A stretch of 39,442 bases of DNA from Octopus bimaculoides (GCF_001194135.2 NC_068998.1:35591841-35631282); one strand, 5' to 3'; shown: positions 1-12,797, numbered from the stretch's first letter. The notes: generated by a model from the sequence alone, not told the origin. A program made the numbers and translations.

Positions 1-48
<48 letters not shown>
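1..48. repeat. (TA)n microsatellite; representative of dozens of TA/CA/GA/TATG/GATA/GACA tracts across the window
   Basis: Direct reading. Similar tracts border nearly every N gap. Confidence 0.99.
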
Positions 49-50
<2 letters not shown>

Positions 51-64
51 TGTATATGTATGTA

Positions 65-525
65 CTACTTGATGTAGCCGGTAATTCCCGGGAAAGCGGG
101 GCTTAAACCTTGGTTCCGTTCTCATAACTGTTTCGTTAATCCAATAACAACAATACAAAAACGGTTTTTGTGAATTTAAAGAGAATACCGAACTGTCTTA
201 CACAGGATCTTGTTTTTAGGAATACCCAATAAGTTATGAATACCCAAATTGTGAAGTCAGTTATGTAATAACTCTGAAAAGGGCTTTTGTGCATTCCCAG
301 AGAATATTACCCTCAGGGGCGCTAGTGTTTGTACATTCGTGAATAAGTCACTAACCGAAATAAGTGGATCTATTGTTTAGGAAAATACTATTTATATGTT
401 TAAGGGTTGTACTGGATAAAATAATTCTAACAGTTTAAATATTAAGAAATAAGCATACGCAATTTCATTTTTACCAAATAATTTAGGAAAATGAATGAGC
501 TATTTTCCTTGGCTATATATAAGGA
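65..525 (-). mobile_element. Putative complete non-autonomous Helitron (~461 bp)
   Basis: On the minus strand it starts A|TCCTTATATATAG (525) and ends with a CCGG-gaatta-CCGG hairpin (91-78), then GTAG|T (68-64). Canonical Helitron ends are A|TC and hairpin-CTAG|T, so there is one mismatch. Confidence 0.55.
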
Positions 526-1595
526 TGTATATATGTATGTATGTATGCATGTATTTGTGTGTGTGTATGTATGGATGCATGTATGCATGTATGTATGTAA
601 TTATGTATGTATGTTTGTATGTATGGATGTATCTATCTATCCATCTATCTATATATATGTAACTACCAACCATTCTGTACGTATGTATATAAATTTGTGT
701 GTATTTATGTGAGAGAGTGTATAGTGCGATGATATACTCACGCATACATATTTCTCTTTGTATAGAGTGTATATTTGTATGCACAAGTAAAAAAAAATTA
801 ATACAGACATTTGCACATACAAACACACACTCAAACATAAAGCACACATACATAAATATATACATGTATATATATACATGTATATATATATATATATANN
901 NNNNNNNNNNNNNNNNNNNNNNNNNNNNNNNNNNNNNNNNNNNNNNNNNNNNNNNNNNNNNNNNNNNNNNNNNNNNNNNNNNNNNNNNNNNNNNNNNNNN
1001 NNNNNNNNNNNNNNNNNNNNNNNNNNNNNNNNNNNNNNNNNNNNNNNNNNNNNNNNNNNNNNNNNNNNNNNNNNNNNNNNNNNNNNNNNNNNNNNNNNNN
1101 NNNNNNNNNNNNNNNNNNNNNNNNNNNNNNNNNNNNNNNNNNNNNNNNAAAAGAAAATACAACTCAAACAAAGATAGAGAGAAAATGGAAACGAGGAAAG
1201 AAAGGAAGAAAGATAGAAAGCAAACAAACGAAAAGGGGCGATTGAGTCTTAAGCTGGCTTCCACTGAGGGGTATGTTATGATGTTGTATTTATTTATTCT
1301 CTTGTAAGAGTTCTCAGGTTTCTGGTTCAGCGTCGGAAGGGACCCTTGCGCTATCAGATCACAAAGAAAGCCACCCGGGTTAGCATTCGGGGCGAGATAT
1401 ACATCGCTGTGTGATCATATTTACAAAACTCTAGCAATGTATGTATGTACGTATGTATGTTTGTGTATTTGTGTGTGTTGTGGGTGTGTTCGTGAATATG
1501 TGTGTTGTATTTTTATATATATTTTTTTACGGGTTCAACTAGTGACAGTGTGTAAGAATGTATGTATGTATGTATGTATGTGCATGTGTGTGTGC

Positions 1596-1628
<33 letters not shown>

Positions 1629-1786
1629 TGTGAGTGAGTGAGAGATAGTGTTTATACGTGCATATGTCAGTATGATTCTCCGTCTGCCTGTGAATGTGTA
1701 AGCGCATATGTATGTATGTATGTATGTATGTAGGTAGGTAGGTAGGTATCTATATGTACTCATATCCGAAGAATCCGGAGAAGAAA

Positions 1787-1791
1787 AATGA

Positions 1792-1825
<34 letters not shown>

Positions 1826-1928
1826 TGTGGTGGTGATGATGATGATGATGATAGTGGTAGTCGTCATAGTGGTGGTGATATTACTGTTATTGACGATGAC
1901 TACAGCGCTGCTACTGCTGCTGCTGCTG
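1787..1928. repeat. Compound trinucleotide repeat (GAT)n/(GGT)n/(GCT)n
   Basis: Direct reading. It produces the spurious poly-D/G/A start of ORF 1754..2890. Confidence 0.95.
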
Positions 1929-2079
1929 ATGTTTTGAGAGAGTTCTGTTTATTATCATATATTAGATTATATAAAAACAGCATTTTATGCATGCATGTAT
2001 ATACATATGTACGTACGTACGTATGTATATATGCTTGTATTTATTTATGCGTGTATGCATATATATATATCACCCTCAG

Positions 2080-2132
<53 letters not shown>

Positions 2133-2289
2133 GTATATATATANNNNNNNNNNNNNNNNNNNNNNNNNNNNNNNNNNNNNNNNNNNNNNNNNNNNNNNNN
2201 NNNNNNNNNNNNNNNNNNNNNNNNNNNNNNNNNNNNNNNNNNNNNNNNNNNNNNNNNNNNNNNNNNNNNNNNNNNNNNNNNNNNNNNNA

Positions 2290-4147
2290 CCCCAGAGTTT
2301 TCTACAAGTTTGCTAAAGAAACAGCTTCAATGCACTGCAGGACAGGGCCACTCCTCGAAAAAGATGGTACACTCACTGGAAACCTAATGAGGATAAGTGA
2401 AATACTAAATGAGCGATTCAAAAGTATTTTCACTCCACCCCTAGGGCACTTTCAAGTCACCAATCCAACTGACTTTTTTACCACTGCAGATGTAAAAACA
2501 GAGCCAATGATGATCGATTACATCAATATAAAGGAAGACGATGTAATAAGGGCTATAGATGAAATGAATCCAAACTCAGTTACTGGCCCAGATGGATTCC
2601 AAGCAATCCTTCTAAAAGTATGTAAGCGAGTTCGAGCAAGACCACTGCAGTCCCTCTTTCAGAGCTTCCTTGCAACTGGCAAACTTCCAAGGAAACTGAA
2701 GGAGGGTAAAATATGCCCTATTTATAAAGGATGTAGCAGAGCGGGGGTCAAGAACTACAGACCTATCTTTCTGACCTCGCACATCAGCAAGGTCATGGAA
2801 CGAATAGTCAGAAGAAAACTAATCGCCTTCCTTGAAGAAAATGACTTTCTGACACCCAACATGGTTTCCGACCAGGAAGAAGCTGCCTGAAACAGCTGCT
2901 CAACCACTCAAATGAGGAAGTGATATATCTCGACTTTGCAAAGGCCTTTGATAAAGTCGATCATGGAATGACATGTCACAAACTGCGTGATCTCGGCATA
3001 GTTGGAAAATTGGGAGAATGGCTTTCTGAAGGATAAAAGTCAGGTGGTACTAGCCAATGGGGCCACCTCCAATGACACGCAAATAGTGAGCAGTGTTCCG
3101 CAAGTCACTGTTTTGGGACCACTACTGTTCATGATGGCCCTCTCAGACATGCCCTCAGCCACACAGAGAGCCATGATCACAAGTTATGCAGATGATACAA
3201 ATGTCTCACAAATAATACAGAACCCTGAAGACACTATGCACCTGCAATGTGAGCTGGATGAAATATACAAGAGGGCTGAAAAGAATAACATGCAGTTTAA
3301 TGCTGAAAAGTTTCAAGCCTTGTGCTATCAGTATGCAAAATTNNNNNNNNNNAATGCTGAAAAGTTTCAAGCCTTGTGCTATCAGTATGCAAAATTAAAT
3401 GTAATACTCATTAAATACACTGAACCTGGAGGGATTGCAATCCCAGAGGCACAGTCAGTGCGAGACCTGGACATTTACATGAGTAATGATGCATCCTTTC
3501 ATGCGCATGTTGATAAATTGGCGGTACTTGTCTTAAGCCACTTTGACTATTGCTCTCAGCTATGGTCACCATCCAGTGTCAAATTAATCTCAGAACTTGA
3601 GGCAATCCAACGAAGCTACACGAAGAAGATAGCCTCTATGCAGCATATAAGCTACTGGGAAAAACTCAAGAGATTAAGACTCTATTCCTTAGAGCGTAGG
3701 CGAGAAATATAGGCCATAATATACATCTGGAAGATCCTGGAAGGACTTGTCCCAAACTTTGGCATCGAGAGTTACACAAATACTAGAACTGGGCGCCACT
3801 GCATAGTGCCGAAGACTCCAAATTTGCCATCAAGATGTAGGACAAGATACTGCAATAGTCTGGGCTTCAGAGGTCCACAGCTCTTCAATATCCTCCAAAA
3901 GGACCTGAAAGACTTGCATGGGGTGGATATAGGTGTCTTCAAGATGAGGTTGGACCTCTTCCTGTCAAGTGTCCCAGATGAACCAACTTCGCAGTAGGAG
4001 GTGGAGATGAGGGCACCTGCATCAAATTCTCTCATGCACCAAATGTTTATTCCTGAAAAATATTCGTGAAGTAAAATTATGTAGCAACACCAAATGGCGG
4101 TGCCACAACATGGCCACAGCTCGTGAGCTGAAACTAGATACAGTAAA

Positions 4148-4150
<3 letters not shown>
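2290..4150 (+). mobile_element. Decayed non-LTR retrotransposon (CR1/L2 group, CR1-like): RT domain, C-terminus and 3' tail
   Basis: RT motifs GPDGF, YRPIFLTSHISKVMERIV, VIYLDFAKAFDKVDH, VPQVTVLGPLLF, SYADDT, then DYCSQLWSP and NSLGFRGPQLFN...FKMRLDLFL. Several frameshifts and stops. The 5' part is lost in the gap at 2143-2288. The 3' stem-loop tail runs into (TA)n. Confidence 0.9.
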
Positions 4151-4193
<43 letters not shown>

Positions 4194-4418
4194 GTAAACA
4201 CAAATTGCGTTTAAAATTTACGACAGCTGTTTAGGTAGAAATTTATTTGACTTTGAGCCCTATGCAATCATACTAAGCCATTTCTGGTGGCCTATATTTT
4301 GATGTGCCTTAATCCTTAACAAGCTTCATAACTAAATTATATATACATAAACATACATATATATATGCATATACATATGTATGTGTATATATATACATAC
4401 ATATATATATACATATAT

Positions 4419-4484
<66 letters not shown>

Positions 4485-5758
4485 NNNNNNNNNNNNNNNN
4501 NNNNNNNNNNNNNNNNNNNNNNNNNNNNNNNNNNNNNNNNNNNNNNNNNNNNNNNNNNNNNNNNNNNNNNNNNNNNNNNNNNNNNNNNNNNNNNNNNNNN
4601 NNNNNNNNNNNNNNNNNNNNNNNNNNNNNNNNNNNNNNNNNNNNNNNNNNNNNNNNNNNNNNNNNNNNNNNNNNNNNNNNNNNNNNNNNNNNNNNNNNNN
4701 NNNNNNNNNNNNNNNNNNNNNNNNNNNNNNNNNNNNNNNNNNNNNNNNNNNNNNNNNNNNNNNNNNNNNNNNNNNNNNNNNNNNNNNNNNNNNNNNNNNN
4801 NNNNNNNNNNNNNNNNNNNNNNNNNNNNNNNNNNNNNNNNNNNNNNNNNNNNNNNNNNNNNNNNNNNNNNNNNNNNNNNNNNNNNNNNNNNNNNNNNNNN
4901 NNNNNNNNNNNNNNNNNNNNNNNNNNNNNNNNNNNNNNNNNNNNNNNNNNNNNNNNNNNNNNNNNNNNNNNNNNNNNNNNNNNNNNNNNNNNNNNNNNNN
5001 NNNNNNNNNNNNNNNNNNNNNNNNNNNNNNNNNNNNNNNNNNNNNNNNNNNNNNNNNNNNNNNNNNNNNNNNNNNNNNNNNNNNNNNNNNNNNNNNNNNN
5101 NNNNNNNNNNNNNNNNNNNNNNNNNNNNNNNNNNNNNNNNNNNNNNNNNNNNNNNNNNNNNNNNNNNNNNNNNNNNNNNNNNNNNNNNNNNNNNNNNNNN
5201 NNNNNNNNNNNNNNNNNNNNNNNNNNNNNNNNNNNNNNNNNGTATGTATATATATATATACATACACACAAGTGCGCGCGCAAACATACATACTGCGACC
5301 AAGTGTAAGATGGAAATGGTCTTATGTTATTGTGACTACGCATAAGATATTGTTTCGTAGTTTCAAGTCCGTTGCAAACATTTCACTGAATCGTAGTGTA
5401 TAGTAGAATAGTTATTATAATTAGCTCTTGCTTCCTATTTTCCCGTCTATATCACAAATCGGCTTTTGATACTTCCTTGACTATTCACCGGCTTAACGAG
5501 CCTCAAGCATCTACACGACATATCAGGAAAGACGCTAATGAATGTACGTAAGGATATATATGCGTGCGTATGTTTGGTGCCTCTATTTACTGTAAAACGC
5601 CGTTGTGTCAACAACCTTACAAATCAACTACGGAAGTATCACTACAAGTTCAGCAATATACTCCAAGTGAACAACCTACGAATAGCATAACTAGATTCCA
5701 ACGTAGTTTCTTGGAGTCACGAACAGCTATCATTAAATTGCCTTATTAGAATCTCTGC

Positions 5759-5789
<31 letters not shown>

Positions 5790-6637
5790 NNNNNNNNNNN
5801 NNNNNNNNNNNNNNNNNNNNNNNNNNNNNNNNNNNNNNNNNNNNNNNNNNNNNNNNNNNNNNNNNNNNNNNNNNNNNNNNNNNNNNNNNNNNNNNNNNNN
5901 NNNNNNNNNNNNNNNNNNNNNNNNNNNNNNNNNNNNNNNNNNNNNNNNNNNNNNNNNNNNNNNNNNNNNNNNNNNNNNNNNNNNNNNNNNNNNNNNNNNN
6001 NNNNNNNNNNNNNNNNNNNNNNNNNNNNNNNNNNNNNNNNNNNNNNNNNNNNNNNNNNNNNNNNNNNNNNNNNNNNNNNNNNNNNNNNNNNNNNNNNNNN
6101 NNNNNNNNNNNNNNNNNNNNNNNNNNNNNNNNNNNNNNNNNNNNNNNNNNNNNNNNNNNNNNNNNNNNNNNNNNNNNNNNNNNNNNNNNNNNNNNNNNNN
6201 NNNNNNNNNNNNNNNNNNNNNNNNNNNNNNNNNNNNNNNNNNNNNNNNNNNNNNNNNNNNNNNNNNNNNNNNNNNNNNNNNNNNNNNNNNNNNNNNNNNN
6301 NNNNNNNNNNNNNNNNNNNNNNNNNNNNNNNNNNNNNNNNNNNNNNNNNNNNNNNNNNNNNNNNNNNNNNNNNNNNNNNNNNNNNNNNNNNNNNNNNNNN
6401 NNNNNNNNNNNNNNNNNNNNNNNNNNNNNNNNNNNNNNNNNNNNNNNNNNNNNNNNNNNNNNNNNNNNNNNNNNNNNNNNNNNNNNNNNNNNNNNNNNNN
6501 NNNNNNNNNNNNNNNNNNNNNNNNNNNNNNNNNNNNNNNNNNNNNNNNNNNNNNNNNNNNNNNNNNNNNNNNNNNNNNNNNNNNNNNNNNNNNNNNNNNN
6601 NNNNNNNNNNNNNNNNNNNNNNNNNNNNNNNNNNNNN

Positions 6638-6648
6638 AGAAGCCCGTC

Positions 6649-6684
<36 letters not shown>

Positions 6685-6751
6685 ACCATCGCTTAACAAC
6701 CAATATTGGTGCGTTTGCGTGCCTGTAACATAGCGGTTCGGCAAAAACGAC
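6638..6751 (+). mobile_element. tRNA-derived SINE family A, central fragment
   Basis: agaagcccgtcgta-(TG)n-ccaccatcgcttaacaacc...gtaacatagcggttcggcaaaa matches the copies at 25105-25434 and 17670-17918 in reverse complement. Confidence 0.85.
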
Positions 6752-7360
6752 TACTTTAGAAATTTTGACCATTATATCTTATTATTCTTCCCGTCTTTTT
6801 TAAGGTTTACTACTCACTTTAGTTCATACCCCCGTACCATTTTCTTTGCCTATCTACCCACCTTAGTGCCTTTCTAACATATCACCCCTCCCACTTCTCA
6901 CACACATTCCATCCTTGCATTCTTATGTCTTCGTTCTATCCCTCCCCTATTCCTTTTAACTTGATAGCTCTCCTCTCCCATCCTCCTCACAATATCTTGA
7001 CCATTATCTAGCACTGCTTTTTTCATTGTTCTTTCTTTCTTCTATCCTTCCCTATTCCTTTTGACTAATACCATCCTCCTCCTAACATACATATCTATTC
7101 TCTTCTCTCAAAGTGTCTACCCCTACCAGCACGTTCTCAAAATTTCATTCGCACCACAATGTTCGAACAACACATGGAATTTATATCTCCACACTATTCA
7201 CTTGTAATAACAAAATATGAACTCCTATTGAAATCTACATACCATGGATAAGAAACATTTCTACCCATTCTACACAGCACTTTTTTTGGATAATAGAACT
7301 GCAACTGTAACATCCTATATATATTTTATTTTTATTTCTATTCTCTTATGCATATCGTGT

Positions 7361-7403
7361 ATGATGACGGGATATCTCTAATATTCCAGAAACAGCCGTA
7401 AGA
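7361..7403 (+). ncRNA. Degenerate minimal type I hammerhead-ribozyme-like motif (probable Penelope-like repeat end)
   Basis: aTGATGA-c-[gggatat/ctcta/atattcc stem II]-a-GAAAC-agcc-GTA. The first core base is A rather than C, and helix I is not recoverable. Confidence 0.4.
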
Positions 7404-7593
7404 CTACCTTTCTCTTTATAAATGTCCTATAAATTCCACACAGCCTTGGCTTTGTTGTCTCATTTTATTTAACATATTCATGCTCACACAAGACCCGCAT
7501 TAGACTCCTCACTCGTATAATTATCGAACTGAGAGTCTAACTACGCTCCTTCCGTAGCACTCGGCTTTACCTGCCAACTTGGGTGTTCCTCTC

Positions 7594-7665
<72 letters not shown>

Positions 7666-7778
7666 ATATACGCATACATACATATATGCATATATGTGTG
7701 TATATATAAGAGAAATAGAGGATTATAATGACAATCTTTTACTGTTTGTTCTAATTTATAACACATACACTCACTCAT

Positions 7779-7821
<43 letters not shown>

Positions 7822-7831
7822 NNNNNNNNNN

Positions 7832-7875
<44 letters not shown>

Positions 7876-8007
7876 GTCGATCTTGCAATATACGCCACTG
7901 GTTCCGCCCACATGTGTGTGCATGCATGTATATAGATTGATACAGACAGATAGATTGACGGATAAATAGATACATAGATAGACAGATAGATAGACAGACA
8001 GACAGAC

Positions 8008-8045
<38 letters not shown>

Positions 8046-8990
8046 ACATATACATACATACGTACATACACACAAACATACACACATATGTATATAATCC
8101 CGTCACTCCTTTTTTGTCTCCCTCTCTCCCTCTCATTTTTTTCCCCTTTCATCCCTTTCTATCGAAGAGTGTAGGCTCAAAACGTCAAAAACTTTCATCT
8201 TTCCCGAACGTCAAACTGATACAACCGCATGCATGCATACATACATAATACATACATACATACATACATGTGTGTGTGTGTGCTTGTGTTTGTTTGTGTC
8301 TGTGAGTGTGTGTACATACGGACAACTCACACAAATACATGCAAATATTCGTATCCATATTTAGAGGTGTAAACAAGAAAAGATTATTTAACGGATGAAG
8401 TTCACTTTATCTATTTGTGTAAAGCTACTGATTCACTAAGATGCTACTCGGTGTTTTACGTGTGATCATTCAAGCCGTATTGGAGTAAATGAAGAAAAGC
8501 GAAGAGTGATCGCATTTGTAATTAATATTGGTCCCTGACTCCCATTGGTTGTCAGAGGTTCATTGGGTTGCTATGGCGTTGGTGGATGTCGAAAGGAGAA
8601 AAAAATTCTTGAACCATAGGCAGTAGCTTCTCCTCAATCTTTAGAAAACACTAAGTTTCCGGTGGTCAAAGATAAAGCATTCACATTCGAATGTGAATAG
8701 TTTCTGTCTCACTAGCTGAAGGTTTAATAAATACATTTGGCCATTGGAAAGTTTAGCATATAAAGTTGCCCCTTGTTTTGACAATTTCGTTTTTTCTGTT
8801 CATTAAGTGTGGTTAATGAGATAGGATATAACACTTCTCCACTATGTATAATGTATATATATATATTTTAGTCCATTAGCGTACGGGCGAAAGCAGTGTC
8901 TATACTTCAGGCTGCAGAAATGTTGGCATCTCCACTAACTTTCAGGTTTCAAGTGTACCATGACAAACCGGTGACATTGAATCTATCTCT

Positions 8991-10625
8991 GGAATGGTAC
9001 TTGGACAAAATCCCGCCCAGGACAAAATCCCTCCAAGACAAAATCCCTCCAAGACAAGATCCTCCACCACACCACCACCACTACCGAACAAAATCCCCCG
9101 AGCTATTGTTTTTTCTTTAGAATAAAAATATTTTAAGGAAGTGAAATTTTATTAAAAATTTTTAATTTTTAGTTGATATTTTTGTGTAAAATTTAGGAAT
9201 AGATATAATAATTGAGAAACTTCATATGAAAATGCCAAACATTTATCTAAAACGCTAAATTAAATCTAATGCCTCTAATAAAATCTAAATATGTTGTTTC
9301 TTGGTATTTTTGCACAACTGATAAGATTCGCGATGCTGCATCCTTATATTTCTTTCTCGGTGGCTTCGTAGCGATACCAGCAATAATCTGAGTCATTTGA
9401 ATATTTTGAAAATTAATTTCTCGTTCTAAAATTCTCCTAAACTTCCAGATGGCTGGATGGAAACACCCGACAAAATGATACAAAGCGCCGGCACCATCCT
9501 TCGACAGAATTATTCGTACGATGAAGTTCAGCGTTTGTTCTTGCGTTCATATTCCAAAGAGATATGCTAAATATTGGTTCTCGAAGTCCTAGTCGACATG
9601 GCCAGCCGATATAAGTATCTTCGAAGTAATCCAAAACTGGCAAAGCTTCTTCTAGCATAATATCATAGAACTTTTCAAAAGCTTTCTGAACAGATTCAGG
9701 AGGTATAAAGGCATCCTCATTTTGGGAGAAAATTCAGTATTGTCTTGATAATGCTTTTGAAAGCTAAACTCCTGCATTCTCCTATATACTTTTTGACACA
9801 AATAAAAGACGCAACCTTTAAAGTCAGTTTCAGTAAAGTGCACAAATAAAGTATTCAGCGTTTCTTTGTCAAAATCTATCATTGCACTCACAGGAGTGCA
9901 ATTTGTCAAGTCCTTTACTTCCCGAATTAATTTGTTATGAGTCATCTGAATCTTATCCGGCAAGAGTGCATAGATGCAGGGTATAGTGTGTTGATCTACT
10001 ACGACATGATTAGTATACAACTGGCTAAAAATTTCAAGAACTACTTTAAATGTTCCATCATAGCACCAACGAGGAGAGATTTTTTTTTAGAAATTCTATG
10101 CTTTTAGCCCTTCCAAATACCAAAATCATCTTACCGCCAAACGTTCATTCATGCAACAAATAATTTTCCCTATTGGCTGTTTTTTACACATATTTCAGGT
10201 ATAATAAGATCTTGAGCACATGATGAGAACGGCAAATGATTTCTTTTCTTCTGTTTATAGCGTCTTACATCTCGTCGAAGGATATGGAGGAATGGTAGTT
10301 TTGTAGCTATCTCTTCCGATATAGATGTACAAACTTCGGAGATGATTTGTTGTGTAGCCTCTTCAGTTTCTGCTGAAGGTTTTTTTAATTTCTTGAAACA
10401 CTTTTGCAGCTTCACACTTCGGTGATTTGGTGCGTGTGTGTGACTCTGTAATAGTTCGATAATCTCACCTTGCCGTATTTCTACCTTTGGTTTACATGAT
10501 TCCTTAGACCTCCGTCGTTCACATTCGTAAGATACCACATCATCTGCCAAATCTTTCTGCTTTACGTAAACATATCCCTCGTGAAATAATTTCACCTTTC
10601 CTTTGTTACTCTTCACAAGCTCCAT
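8991..10625 (-). mobile_element. MULE/Mutator DNA transposon; transposase pseudogene with FLYWCH-like N-terminus
   Basis: GYVYVK...YECERRR..C...SHTH (FLYWCH-like), WCYDGTFK...SQLYT (first D, ~10048-10059), CIYALLPDK, MIDFD, GCVFYL, YFEDTYIG, SLWN, RTNNSVEGW (E), spread over frameshifted ORFs 10170-10625, 9652-10020, 9437-9658 and 9247-9483. The left boundary is approximate. Confidence 0.85.
9003..9066. repeat. Subterminal tandem repeat, ~4 copies of 14-17 bp GACAAAATCCC(T/G)CC
   Basis: Copies at 9003, 9020, 9037 and 9053, plus a variant near 9087, just beyond the MULE stop codon. Confidence 0.85.
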
Positions 10626-10810
10626 CTTCTATGGATGGACTTTTAGTGGGTTAAAAAACACTTCAACGCCTTCAAGACAACTATATAAACCTTAAAAAAT
10701 AGATAAAACAAGCAAGCGACTGTACTACTATTTTAATAAGAAATTTTAAAAAAGTAAGGCAATTCATCAGTTTATAACGAACAAGGTAATTCATCAATTC
10801 TTCAACATTC

Positions 10811-11473
10811 CAGAGAACTTGCATCAAATTTTGCCAAAAGCTTGGCGATATTTGTTCAGTATCACCTACGCAAAGTTTAAAAGAACTTTTCATGGTTCTC
10901 GACACAATCAAGGAGATTTTGTGCCACTGTCTTTTTGGTCAGCTGAAAGCAGTTTTGGCACAAACTTGGCAGACACGCGTCTTCTACCCAAATCTTCAAT
11001 GATAATGGACTGAACTAAACTGCAACTAATCTGCACATCCTCTGACAACTCACGGATGGTGATTCGACAAGTTCCCCTCCATCTGCGATGTTTTCCTCAG
11101 TTCTGTTGGTTGCGGGTCTCCCGGAACGTTCGTTGCTATCGACATTTTTAGGCCATCTTGGAAACGTCTGAACCACTCGTACACTCGTGTGCGGCTCATA
11201 CACTCCTCTCCATACACTTTCTGCGACTTTGCGTAGGCCTTTGAGCAGGGTATCACCATGACAACTTTTTCTTTCGTGGTCAATGCGACGATCACACGTT
11301 ACACACGTTACTTCGAAGCACTGCTGTAAACAGCACGAGTAAGCTAGAACGTTAAAATGTAATGCACATACACAGCAGAGATCAAGGTCAATTTGTGCCA
11401 AGTGGCTTTACTCTTCGTACTTCAGTTTCGTCGCTTTGGCAACAGTCCCGATACTTATTGATCAGACCTCGCA
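10811..11473 (-). mobile_element. Truncated, rearranged mariner element (one TIR and N-terminal half of transposase)
   Basis: TIR-like (cgaggtctgatcaataagtatcgggactg, minus strand) at ~11443-11472. HTH VYGEECMSRTRVYEWFRRF, then ERSGRP, TIRELSE and VSAKFVPKLLSADQK (WVPRLL-type motif). No second TIR found. Confidence 0.85.
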
Positions 11474-11653
11474 TATATGTATATATATTATATATGCATA
11501 TTTGAATGTAAGAATGTGTGCGTGGATGTATTTATACATATATGTATGCATCTATGCTTGTATGTATGTATGCATGCTTGTTAAAAAAGCAGTTACATAT
11601 ATGAGCATGTATGTTCACGTTGACTTGCGCGAAAGAGTGTTTGAATGTATATT

Positions 11654-11685
<32 letters not shown>

Positions 11686-12351
11686 TGTATGTATGTATGA
11701 GCATCACTGTATTTCTGTTCGTGCGTGTGTTTGTGTGTGTGTGTGTGTGTGTTACTGCAAATGTAAATATGTGTATGCATACATATCCAAGCTGTTATTT
11801 GTCTTGGAATGTGTAGGTATGTATGCATATGCAAGTTTCAGTATAAGTGCGCGTGTTTGTGCGTGCATCTTTGTGTGTGTCTGTGGCACGTTGTGCGTAT
11901 GTGGAGTGTGTGGTGTGGGTGCATATTTGACTTTTATTGCCCATAAAATGGTGTAAGAATATATGTCTGCAAATATACCTATCTATTACTATGTTCGCTA
12001 AAGCATGTAAATCAGGGAATACAAGTGCACAAAGGTGTAAACGGATACACACATACATACACACATACAAATGCACACAAACGCACACAATCACCCACAC
12101 ACATGTATATGCATATATGTATGTATCAATGTATCTATGAATGTATGTATGTATGTATGTATGTATATGCCTGAATACTGGTACATGTACGTCTGTGTAT
12201 GTATAGAAGTGGGGTTAATATATAGCATTTCTTCTTATGTACCTGAGTAGTATATATGTCTGACTGTATATATATGTATTTACGTACGTATGTATATATG
12301 TATATACATATATATATATATGAATGTGTATGTGTGCGTATGTATAAGTAC

Positions 12352-12385
<34 letters not shown>

Positions 12386-12634
12386 NNNNNNNNNNNNNNN
12401 NNNNNNNNNNNNNNNNNNNNNNNNNNNNNNNNNNNNNNNNNNNNNNNNNNNNNNNNNNNNNNNNNNNNNNNNNNNNNNNNNNNNNNNNNNNNNNNNNNNN
12501 NNNNNNNNNNNNNNNNNNNNNNNNNNNNNNNNNNNNNNNNNNNNNNNNNNNNNNNNNNNNNNNNNNNNNNNNNNNNNNNNNNNNNNNNNNNNNNNNNNNN
12601 NNNNNNNNNNNNNNNNNNNNNNNNNNNNNNNNNN

Positions 12635-12674
<40 letters not shown>

Positions 12675-12754
12675 AATATATATATATATAAGCATATATA
12701 GAAGCACAAAGAATATATAAATATAATATACATATATATGTATATATGTGTATG

Positions 12755-12797
<43 letters not shown>

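Noticed and set aside
1754-2890. 378-aa ORF joining a poly-Asp/Gly/Ala N-terminus to an RT domain
   Set aside because: The join passes through microsatellites and a 146-N gap of uncertain true length. Only the part after 2290 is LINE-derived.
3299-3396. 44-bp direct repeat inside the LINE RT
   Set aside because: Identical copies flank a 10-N gap, the signature of an unmerged contig overlap.
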